NCBI GenBank assembly: GCA_030706385.1
Contig: JAUZOQ010000004.1
Coordinates: 6,171-70,170 of the forward strand
Direction of reading: 5' to 3'
Length of the DNA stretch: 64,000 bases
Source: Bacteroidota bacterium
Lineage (GTDB): Bacteria > Bacteroidota > Ignavibacteria > Palsa-1295
Shown: positions 56,694-64,000 of the stretch, in pieces
Layout of the letters: each line of letters starts with the position of its first letter
Position numbering within the stretch: position 1 is the stretch's first letter
Notes under the pieces: generated by a model
Database searches by the model: none
Told to the model about the DNA's origin: nothing
Seen by the model: only the letters and a program-made list of their open reading frames with translations
Program-made: the position numbers and the translations under genes

Positions 56694-57374
56694 TTGTTCG
56701 TACCTCCGAAAATATTTATGCCCGCAGAACTTCATCATATTCAAACGACTCGGACCGCTCGATACTACTCCCTCGGTTCATTCGAAGGAGAGATCAGAGA
56801 ACTCTGGTTTGTACTGCACGGCTATGGGCAGCGTGCTGAAGATTTCCTGAAAAATTTTGCTCCGCTGGCGACTGAAGGAATTCTGATAATTGCACCCGAA
56901 GCTCTTTCCCGATTCTATACCAGAGGATTTGCAGGCGATGTTGGGGCTTCCTGGATGACTCGGGAAGACCGGGCAAGCGAGATCCAGGACTACGTTCGAT
57001 ATCTTGAAAATTTGTATACTGAAGTCACACTTCGGCTGAAAAAAATGCCTGAAAGGATTGTTGCATTCGGATTCTCTCAAGGATGCCCGGCAGTATTACG
57101 TTGGCAGGCAGCCGGTACTTCGCCGGTTACCGAGATCGTCATTTGGGCTGGAGATGTCCCCCGAGATCTTGCCTTCAGCAAATTCAGAACGAGTACTGAA
57201 AAGGCCCGGAAATGGCTCATCCATAGCCGAACAGATGAATTCATCTCGCCCGAGATCTATCGTGAAAGCGAAGATCTTTTCCTTTCGAATGGAATTCAAT
57301 TTCATACAATGGATTTTGAAGGCGGCCACAAAATACCTGAGATAGCTCTGAAAGAGCTTCGGTCTAAGTTTTAA
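56694..57374 (+). CDS. Alpha/beta-hydrolase fold carboxylesterase/phospholipase family protein
   Basis: LWFVLHGYGQRAEDF, nucleophile elbow GFSQG, C-terminal GGHKIP. Start may be at 56718. Confidence 0.6.
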   Translation: MFVPPKIFMPAELHHIQTTRTARYYSLGSFEGEIRELWFVLHGYGQRAEDFLKNFAPLATEGILIIAPEALSRFYTRGFAGDVGASWMTREDRASEIQDYVRYLENLYTEVTLRLKKMPERIVAFGFSQGCPAVLRWQAAGTSPVTEIVIWAGDVPRDLAFSKFRTSTEKARKWLIHSRTDEFISPEIYRESEDLFLSNGIQFHTMDFEGGHKIPEIALKELRSKF

Positions 57375-57459
57375 ATTGGAATCCGAATCCCCTTTCCATA
57401 GTTTTACAACGCCAAAAATTTTCGGGCAGTAAGCAGTGAATGCTTTTTGTCTGCGATTC

Positions 57460-57533
57460 GGGCCCTTAGCTCAGTTGGTTAGAGCAGTCGACTCATAATC
57501 GATTGGTCGCAGGTTCAAGTCCTGCAGGGCCCA
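57460..57533 (+). tRNA. tRNA with anticodon CAU; most similar to tRNA-Ile2 (lysidine, ileX-type) rather than elongator tRNA-Met
   Basis: Cloverleaf by eye: acceptor GGGCCCT/AGGGCCC. D-arm GCTCAGTTGGTTAGAGC. Anticodon loop CTCATAA. T-arm GCAGG-TTCAAGT-CCTGC. Discriminator A, CCA not encoded. Sequence is near-identical in the anticodon, variable and T arms to E. coli ileX as recalled. Confidence 0.85.
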
Positions 57534-57541
57534 CAGAATTC

Positions 57542-58009
57542 ATGACTGATAACCCCTTTTCCCAGCCGCACGAATATTGGATGCGCTTCGCATTGCGCGA
57601 AGCCGAGAAGGCCTACGAACTTGACGAAGTCCCTATCGGATGTGTGATCGTAAAGGAGAATGCGATCGTCGGAAGAGGATATAATCAGACGGTCCAGCTG
57701 AAGGACTCCACTGCCCATGCAGAAATGATCGCCATCACCGCTGCAAGCGGAACGCTTGATTCCCGATTTCTCATTGGCTGCACAATGTACGTTACACTCG
57801 AACCCTGCCCAATGTGCGCCGGTGCCTTGGTAAACTCACGAGTCGAAACCCTGGTATTTGGCTCTTACGATCCGAAAGCCGGAGCGTGTGGTACTCTTTA
57901 TACCATCACCGAAGATGAGCGCCTCAATCACCGTATTCACACGATCGGCGGCATCCTTGATTCCGAGTGTGGAGGAATCTTAAAAGAGTACTTTCGGAAG
58001 AAGAGGTGA
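57542..58009 (+). CDS. tadA: tRNA-specific adenosine deaminase
   Basis: CMP/dCMP deaminase zinc motifs HAEMIAI and PCPMCAGA. Start at MTDNPFSQPHEYWMRFAL, 8 nt after the tRNA. The ORF-track start at 57503 would overlap the tRNA. Confidence 0.85.
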   Translation: MTDNPFSQPHEYWMRFALREAEKAYELDEVPIGCVIVKENAIVGRGYNQTVQLKDSTAHAEMIAITAASGTLDSRFLIGCTMYVTLEPCPMCAGALVNSRVETLVFGSYDPKAGACGTLYTITEDERLNHRIHTIGGILDSECGGILKEYFRKKR

Positions 58010-58046
58010 ATCGAGCTCACCGATGGTATACCCGCCCTTACGTACT

Positions 58047-59552
58047 TTAGAATGGTCGTTGTATCCTAAAGAAGAATCTTCCGGCTTCCTTGATATCGGT
58101 ACGCCAGGAAACGCCAAGGTCGAACCCTGAGGGATGGCCCAAGCCAATTCCAACATTATAGGCGATCGAGTTGAACGTCATATCGCCATAGCCTTGCAAT
58201 AAGTTGTTATCATTCGGTACTCTCTTGCAAAATCCGAAATCATTGAGAATAATAAGTTCGGGATTATCATTTTCGAATATCGAACTCAGAGCGACAAGAC
58301 TTACGCGAATTTCCGTATTCAGCAATGCAAGTCTGTTGCCGGCGATGATCTTGTTCTTCAATGCAGGAAGAGAAGATGGCCCGCCCAGATACTGCATTTT
58401 CTGGATCGGCATGTCGCCGGTTCCGCTCTCCATTCTGAAACGGGTATCGATGGAAAGTCCCGGGCAGATCGGATTGAAGTCGCGGGCATCGAGAATGTAG
58501 CGCTGATAGTTACTATCCGCCGATGTATTATTGCCAAACTCTGCCTGCAGTAAATACACTCGACCTGTAACTCGCGAATATGATACTGCATCGCCGAATA
58601 CATTTCTTCCTTCGATCTTTTCCGTATGCGCATCTTCTCTGACAGCTGTGATAACCCAGGAGTTCATTCTACCGGTCGTGATTGCCGGATTCGGCGGCAA
58701 ATTCTTGCTGCCTCCCCACCTGCCATGGAAAACACGCTGCGGCTCATCATAGTATATATCGCTTCGGTACTCGACGTGCAGTTCCGATTTCTGTTCGGGA
58801 CGGAAAGCGATATATGCATCCCAACCTTCGATCTTATAGTAATCCCGAAAATCTTCGCGCACAAGAAATGCATAGACTGCATTCTCCGCACGCTCTGTCC
58901 TCCACGCATCGTCAGTCGTCGTTACGTTATGATACTCGGCGCCGAGGGCAAGGGTCGGAACAAGCTTCCATTTTTCTGCGGGTATTGAGGTGTCATTAGA
59001 CTTCAGCGGAATTCGGTATTCACCTGCAAGCTGAGACTGCCCCTTTTTCTCCTCGAAGCCATAGCCAATACCTCCTTTAAGTCCGAACTCATTATGACGA
59101 CCGAAATCAACCATCGTCGGTGTCGCAATTCCTAAAAAGAAACCATTGACGCGATTGAAATCCATGAACGGCATAGATTCCAAATGCGGGATCTCCCGTT
59201 CATAAGGCGGGGCAGTAATAAGGAACGTGCGATTATGTTTTTTCTTGTGATGACTGAAATCACCCATCTTCAGATCGAGCAAAAGCGAGTCGTCAGTCGA
59301 ATCGGGCATGGACCAAAAATCATCTTCCGTGCTATCGCGGCGAGCAAAGATCGATTGCAGTGGCGATTGGAATAGATCACCGTGGATCAGCTTGGAAAGG
59401 AACGTCGTATCACCCGCTGAAAAATCGATATGCACTCCGAGTTTCGGCTCGGTTACCTCTCCGCTCTTTAATGCAGAATACGGTTGGGCGTGTAGAAAGG
59501 CAGTGCTAAGGAAGAAGATCAAACATCCTGAAAAAGTAGCCAATTTGCTCAT
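58047..59552 (-). CDS. Putative outer-membrane beta-barrel protein (possibly capsule/EPS-associated)
   Basis: Signal peptide MSKLATFSGCLIFFLSTAFLHAQ. Alternating amphipathic beta-strand pattern. C-terminal aromatic residue (…FFFRIQRPF) typical of OMPs. Adjacent to wzy/wzx/wzz. Confidence 0.45.
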   Translation of the reverse strand: MSKLATFSGCLIFFLSTAFLHAQPYSALKSGEVTEPKLGVHIDFSAGDTTFLSKLIHGDLFQSPLQSIFARRDSTEDDFWSMPDSTDDSLLLDLKMGDFSHHKKKHNRTFLITAPPYEREIPHLESMPFMDFNRVNGFFLGIATPTMVDFGRHNEFGLKGGIGYGFEEKKGQSQLAGEYRIPLKSNDTSIPAEKWKLVPTLALGAEYHNVTTTDDAWRTERAENAVYAFLVREDFRDYYKIEGWDAYIAFRPEQKSELHVEYRSDIYYDEPQRVFHGRWGGSKNLPPNPAITTGRMNSWVITAVREDAHTEKIEGRNVFGDAVSYSRVTGRVYLLQAEFGNNTSADSNYQRYILDARDFNPICPGLSIDTRFRMESGTGDMPIQKMQYLGGPSSLPALKNKIIAGNRLALLNTEIRVSLVALSSIFENDNPELIILNDFGFCKRVPNDNNLLQGYGDMTFNSIAYNVGIGLGHPSGFDLGVSWRTDIKEAGRFFFRIQRPF

Positions 59553-59650
59553 AGATCAAGAAAGGATAATAAATGATTGCAAAGTTACGGCAAAGATTCC
59601 ACTATGTTACGCAAGACCGGCGATTTCCTTGCCGGGCCTCTTTTCTGCAA

Positions 59651-61039
59651 CTATACCGTTTGAATGAGCTTATCGGATTTTCGAAAGACAAGTTCTTTGC
59701 GGCGCCAGGTTCGCCAAAAATCCACGTTTTTGTAGTTGATGATTCCGCTGGTATGAAGCATTTGAAGCTGAAGGATCACCAGGACGAAGCTCGTCATGAT
59801 ACTCATCGCATCGGCATACATCAGCCCTAAGAAGGAGGAAAAATTGTAGACGATCATGCAATGAAACAAGAACTGGTTCAGCAGAAAATCCTCTTCGGTC
59901 TTCTGGATGGCAATATTGACGATGATCGCTTTCCAAATGCGTGCCAGAAGCCACACGAAGGCGAACGTCCCCATAATACCGGTTCGCAAAGGCCAGTAGA
60001 GATACGTATTGTGGCAGCCTAGAGTCGTATAATTCGCGAAGATCGGCATCTTATAATATTGAAACCACTGCGTTCCGATCGGAACTCCGAAGATCGGATT
60101 GTGAATGATATTTTGAACGATGTTCGGAAATTCCATGAGCCGAATGTAGGAAGAGCCTTCTTCCTGCGGCTGAAAGAGTGCTCCGACTAGCCTTGCAAAA
60201 ATGCCTACCGGATCAGTGATGAGAATGAAGATGATGGTAAATACGATCAGCGAGAGAAAGAGCCAAAGCTGTCTCATACGCCGCCCCTTCCCGACCGTCA
60301 CGAACATAACGACGGCCGATACAAGCAAAGCCAGGATCGATGTTCGACGGTAGCTGATAATCAGTCCGTACATGAGAATGGGAATGAATGCGAACATCGT
60401 CCTTCGCAGCCATCGGAAGGTCTTGCCCTTGTAGTGCGCCATCAACATCGTCCCTGCAATACCCATGCAGAGCAGAAAACCGTCACGCCAGAATAGGAGT
60501 GTTCCCCATCCTTTTTGCGGGTCATCGGAAAAGAACTTGATCCAGATCGAATCCGCAGCCTTCATGATTGCAGCAAAGAAGAAAAGAACAAACAGTAATT
60601 TCCGTTCTTCTGCACTTCGAAAGATATTGACGATGATATAGAATGAGATCACAATCAGAATCGACTCGTGCGCCTCATATACGACCGTGAATTCCTGCCT
60701 TATAAACATGCCCTGCGTCCAGGAAAGTACTAAAGCAAATCCCATGAGCAGGATCGGACCGGAGAAATATGAACGAGCAAAGGTCATATCGCCGCTAACG
60801 ATCCTTTCCATCACCAGGAGCGCGAAGGTCAGGATCAGGATCACTTCGTGCAGGTAGAACGGAAGCGGAGGCAGCAGAGCACCGATAAAATTCATCTGGA
60901 AGATCGAGCCACCCACGTGCCATCCTTGCCACATGCAGAGCCAGGAAAAGAAATAGAGCAGGTAACGCATGGAGAATATCGCCCTGCGTTTGGCGGGCTC
61001 CATCATTTCAGGCGTCTCGATGATAGCGTAGTTATTCAC
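59651..61039 (-). CDS. O-antigen/EPS polymerase (Wzy / O-antigen ligase-like) polytopic membrane protein
   Basis: About 10-12 TM helices with a large periplasmic loop. Translationally coupled (8-nt overlap) to the upstream Wzx-like flippase gene. Confidence 0.5.
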   Translation of the reverse strand: MNNYAIIETPEMMEPAKRRAIFSMRYLLYFFSWLCMWQGWHVGGSIFQMNFIGALLPPLPFYLHEVILILTFALLVMERIVSGDMTFARSYFSGPILLMGFALVLSWTQGMFIRQEFTVVYEAHESILIVISFYIIVNIFRSAEERKLLFVLFFFAAIMKAADSIWIKFFSDDPQKGWGTLLFWRDGFLLCMGIAGTMLMAHYKGKTFRWLRRTMFAFIPILMYGLIISYRRTSILALLVSAVVMFVTVGKGRRMRQLWLFLSLIVFTIIFILITDPVGIFARLVGALFQPQEEGSSYIRLMEFPNIVQNIIHNPIFGVPIGTQWFQYYKMPIFANYTTLGCHNTYLYWPLRTGIMGTFAFVWLLARIWKAIIVNIAIQKTEEDFLLNQFLFHCMIVYNFSSFLGLMYADAMSIMTSFVLVILQLQMLHTSGIINYKNVDFWRTWRRKELVFRKSDKLIQTV

Positions 61040-62714
61040 TGGTTAATGCTGCCGGATTCTTGCCCAGCAGTAATCCGCGCAATTGATGCCACACTCGCTT
61101 CGCTTCCGGCACTTTGAAAAGAATATAGAGAATTGTCACTGCAAGTCCGGCCACGATCGCTCCGAGTATGGATGCGACGATCGGAGATATCTCGGATCCG
61201 ATCATTTGAACAACAAAGTATCCGGCAATTGCAGCCGAACCGGAAATAAGAATGATACGAATTGTTCCGAGAAGATCGAGCGATGAACCCACCAGTTTTC
61301 GCGAATAATAGGACTCGGTTCCACACGTGAATGCATTGGAGAATTGCGAACCGATAATAGCCCCTAGTCCGCCATAAAAACGAATAAGGAAAAAATTTAC
61401 CGTCAGGTTCGTAGCTCCCCAGAACAATCGGTTCCGGAATACCAGCCGCTCCTTTCCGATCGCAACGAGCGTAGTTGCCTGCATACCTCCCCCAAACATT
61501 CCGACGGCGAGGGCAAGTGCCGATAAGCCGATCCGGATCATCGGAATCGCCGCGTCGTATTTGCTGCCATAAACACTTCGCATCACTTCCGGAGCAAAGA
61601 TCATCATGTATGCACAAAGCGGAAGAAGGACGACATTCTGAAAGCCGGCGATCTCCCGTCGAGCACGCGCGAGCCGAGGATAACTTTTTCGCTCTTCCTG
61701 CTGCTCATCGTCATGGGCAAGTTTCGAGAAAATCGAAACAAGTGTACCGCCCAGGCCGAACAGAAAGACATACTCTGTCACCAACAGTACGATCGAGGCA
61801 GCAAGATAGTATCCGATCTGGGGAGAAAATTCTCCAAGCATTGCACGCATCATCAGGATATCTGGTTGCCGGCCGAGCACCGTGCTCAGGATATCCGAAC
61901 CCCATGTGGTAATTCCATAGAGCATCAGCGGCGTTGCAAGAAAAAGCCTGATCCTGCGCCCGCCTGTAATAAGCTTACCAAGCTCTTTCATCACGGAGAC
62001 GAATGGATACCTTTTCTGCCCCTCCCTCCGATACGATTTCCTGATCTCGGCGTTAAGAGCAAAGAGCAAATAGAATGCATTGATCACTGCGCTCGCCGTA
62101 AAAAGTCCCACTGCATATGGAAGAGAAAGGAGATCCCGAAAGAGAAAGATCAATCCGCCACCAAGTAGCAGACTCCGAGAGAGGAGACTGGCAAAGAACA
62201 CGCGCTTGGTTTCCAGAAGGCCGATCAGTGAAAAGGTGCAGAAAGCAATAATGGCCTGCGCATACAGGAATATGATAAGATATGGGCTGAACTCCCTGAC
62301 TGAACCCAACGAATCCGCAAATGAAGGGAAGGCCTCAGGAAGAAAGAATAACAAAATAAAAATGAATATCGAAACGATCGTAACCACGAGGATGCGAACT
62401 GCGAACAATGTTTTCAGAAAATGCCGAATACCGAGCGAGGACAGATCAGTAAAATCACCGGGACCGGAATGTTCGTTTGTCGATACGCGCTGGATAAAAC
62501 GGAGTAGCACGCCATCGACGGCGAAGGCACTGATTATAGAGATCGTTGTGCATAATGCAGTGAATACTGCATAGGGAGCGGAAATCTGCGGACCAAAATG
62601 ACGGACGACAAGAATCGTATATAGATTCATCAGCCCGAACTCCGTCAGCTTATACAGGTAATTCCAGGCGAATCCCCTTGTAGCCCGCTCACGAAATGTC
62701 CGTTCTTTTGTCAT
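61032..62714 (-). CDS. Polysaccharide biosynthesis flippase (Wzx, MOP superfamily)
   Basis: 560 aa. About 14 TM helices. N-terminal ATRGFAWNYLYKLTEFGLMNLYTILVVRHFG typical of the Polysacc_synt family. Confidence 0.65.
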   Translation of the reverse strand: MTKERTFRERATRGFAWNYLYKLTEFGLMNLYTILVVRHFGPQISAPYAVFTALCTTISIISAFAVDGVLLRFIQRVSTNEHSGPGDFTDLSSLGIRHFLKTLFAVRILVVTIVSIFIFILLFFLPEAFPSFADSLGSVREFSPYLIIFLYAQAIIAFCTFSLIGLLETKRVFFASLLSRSLLLGGGLIFLFRDLLSLPYAVGLFTASAVINAFYLLFALNAEIRKSYRREGQKRYPFVSVMKELGKLITGGRRIRLFLATPLMLYGITTWGSDILSTVLGRQPDILMMRAMLGEFSPQIGYYLAASIVLLVTEYVFLFGLGGTLVSIFSKLAHDDEQQEERKSYPRLARARREIAGFQNVVLLPLCAYMMIFAPEVMRSVYGSKYDAAIPMIRIGLSALALAVGMFGGGMQATTLVAIGKERLVFRNRLFWGATNLTVNFFLIRFYGGLGAIIGSQFSNAFTCGTESYYSRKLVGSSLDLLGTIRIILISGSAAIAGYFVVQMIGSEISPIVASILGAIVAGLAVTILYILFKVPEAKRVWHQLRGLLLGKNPAALTSE

Positions 62715-62739
62715 TCGGATCCTGGCCTCGTCCTTCTGC

Positions 62740-63945
62740 TCATGAACGGCTCACAGGGCGTGATCGTCTTTTACCTTTGAGCATAGTAACAAAATTCAGA
62801 TACCGAGCATGCTCTTCGGGATTCGAGGCAACGTTTGCATAGTAATTGCGAATTGCAATATAGAGAACCGAAGCAAGCAATCCGGAAAAAAGTCCGATCA
62901 AGAGCATACTATACCTGCTCGGAGAGCTTCTGCGATCCGGAGCGATGGCAGCATCGAGCACCTGAAGCGTTGGCAGATCGCGCTGTTCGTTTATCCTCTC
63001 CTGCTCCAATTGCTGGCGAAGATAGGCGCTGAGCGTTTCCAGGAGCTTCACTTCGCGCGTGAGATTCGCAAGCTCTCTGCCAAGCGAAGGAACATCCTTA
63101 AAAGCCATGATATAATCTCCGGCTCCGCCTTCATCATATTTCTTCAACTCGCGTTTTACTTCCTCAAGTTGGGCGCGAAGCGTCTGGACTCGTGCCGAAC
63201 TCGGATTCATCTCGCGCTCCTCCACTGCAAGCTGCATTTCTAACTGCTGTTGCTGCGAGCCCAGAAGAGCGGCGCTCGTCACGGAAGCCGTGAGCTGATC
63301 GGTCAATGATATCGTCTTGTGCTGTTCCTGAAATGCCTGAAGTAATGCATACGCCGAGTCCAGCTGATGCATCCGGTTATTATACTCGCCTTCGACAAAG
63401 ATCCTCGTATTACGAGCCGTCGTCATCAGGCGCTCACGGTTATATCGATCGAGATGATCGACAAATACTTTTGCCAGATACGGTACTAAAAGCCGTGCTG
63501 AGTCACGCTCCGCCGGAGTCGGATTCCAGTGAGTCTTGACCGAAATATCAACAGTAAAAATACTGTTCCGCAAAGCTTCACACGTCATCGAATTATGGAC
63601 TGCTCCGGCAATTCCTTTTTCCGAAGTATCGAAGGTCGCGAAATACCTGCGAATGCGTGCGTCTTTGGCGATCTGTTCGGAGAGCTGGCGCGAATCCAGA
63701 ACATTCTTGAACATATCGATCGCAGGATTCTCGGCGCCTTTCATGAGATCAAGCGCGCCTGAGCCACCGGTGAGAAAGGAGATGAGTCCGCTCTGCCCCT
63801 GCTTCTCCGGAGGGATCAAAGACGACTCTCCCGAAAAAGTTTGCGGCATGATATAGGTAAAGGCCAAAAATCCGATTCCGGAAACGAGTGTCAGGAAGAT
63901 CACGGCCTTCTTGTGCTTGGCAAGGAGCGTCATGAAATCCATCAA
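62740..63945 (-). CDS. Polysaccharide chain-length determinant (Wzz/GumC N-terminal domain) protein
   Basis: N-terminal TM plus Wzz motif (AKHKKAVIFLTLVSGIGFLAFTYIMPQTFSGESSLIPP). Long coiled-coil periplasmic region. C-terminal TM (LLIGLFSGLLASVLYIAIRNY). No kinase domain in this ORF. Confidence 0.65.
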   Translation of the reverse strand: MMDFMTLLAKHKKAVIFLTLVSGIGFLAFTYIMPQTFSGESSLIPPEKQGQSGLISFLTGGSGALDLMKGAENPAIDMFKNVLDSRQLSEQIAKDARIRRYFATFDTSEKGIAGAVHNSMTCEALRNSIFTVDISVKTHWNPTPAERDSARLLVPYLAKVFVDHLDRYNRERLMTTARNTRIFVEGEYNNRMHQLDSAYALLQAFQEQHKTISLTDQLTASVTSAALLGSQQQQLEMQLAVEEREMNPSSARVQTLRAQLEEVKRELKKYDEGGAGDYIMAFKDVPSLGRELANLTREVKLLETLSAYLRQQLEQERINEQRDLPTLQVLDAAIAPDRRSSPSRYSMLLIGLFSGLLASVLYIAIRNYYANVASNPEEHARYLNFVTMLKGKRRSRPVSRS

Positions 63946-64000
63946 ATGCGGATCTTTTTTCTGTGGCTTCAGGATCGGCGTTTCGCCATTCGACTGGATG

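Noticed and set aside
61036-61617. 193-aa minus-strand ORF
   Set aside because: Alternate frame inside the Wzx flippase gene. Arg/Cys-rich nonsense composition.
62809-63243. 144-aa plus-strand ORF
   Set aside because: Antisense to the Wzz chain-length determinant gene.
1-64000. Search for mobile elements, integrases, tRNA-adjacent islands or CRISPR-Cas
   Set aside because: No transposase/integrase-like ORF, inverted terminal repeats or repeat-spacer arrays were recognised. The tRNA(CAU) is followed by a housekeeping tadA gene, not an island.

Overview
This 64 kb window is a chromosomal segment from a Bacteroidota/Chlorobi/Ignavibacteria-like (FCB group) bacterium. The evidence is at least six secreted proteins carrying type IX secretion (Por) C-terminal sorting domains, a 287-aa primary-like sigma-70, Wzx/Wzy/Wzz polysaccharide genes, mostly lipoprotein or SPI signals, and about 47% GC. 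Roughly 90% is coding. No rRNA, CRISPR array, IS element or transposase was seen. Housekeeping content: the 5' end of a glutamate dehydrogenase gene, an isolated ald-nuoG-nuoH-nuoI block, alaS, clpS, rpoD, pepA, xth, mtaB, tadA with a tRNA(CAU) directly upstream, a czcCBA-type RND efflux operon, and a beta-oxidation-like cluster with three crotonase-fold genes, hbd, a flavin reductase and bcp. Accessory content of interest: (i) a RavA/MoxR-like AAA+ ATPase followed by three tandem secreted proteins built from a repeated ASH/DUF1573-like beta-sandwich module, plus a BNR-propeller T9SS protein. (ii) A lipoprotein fusing a planctomycete-type cytochrome c (CxxCH) domain to a PHM/DBH-like copper monooxygenase signature, and a second lipoprotein with two such CxxCH domains and a (GN)6 linker. 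(iii) A GAF-GAF protein with a degenerate GGDEF site (GEYTF) and a disordered acidic N-terminus. (iv) A two-component system pairing a cNMP-binding histidine kinase with a response regulator fused to a degenerate glutaredoxin-like domain and a CxxC-less thioredoxin-reductase-like flavoprotein. (v) Two TMEM175/DUF1211 K+-channel paralogs flanking a ferritin-like protein. (vi) A small-ORF plus PIN-like pair, and several paralogous lipoprotein/BNR duplications. Every call is from reading the sequence and ORF translations; no database search was run.
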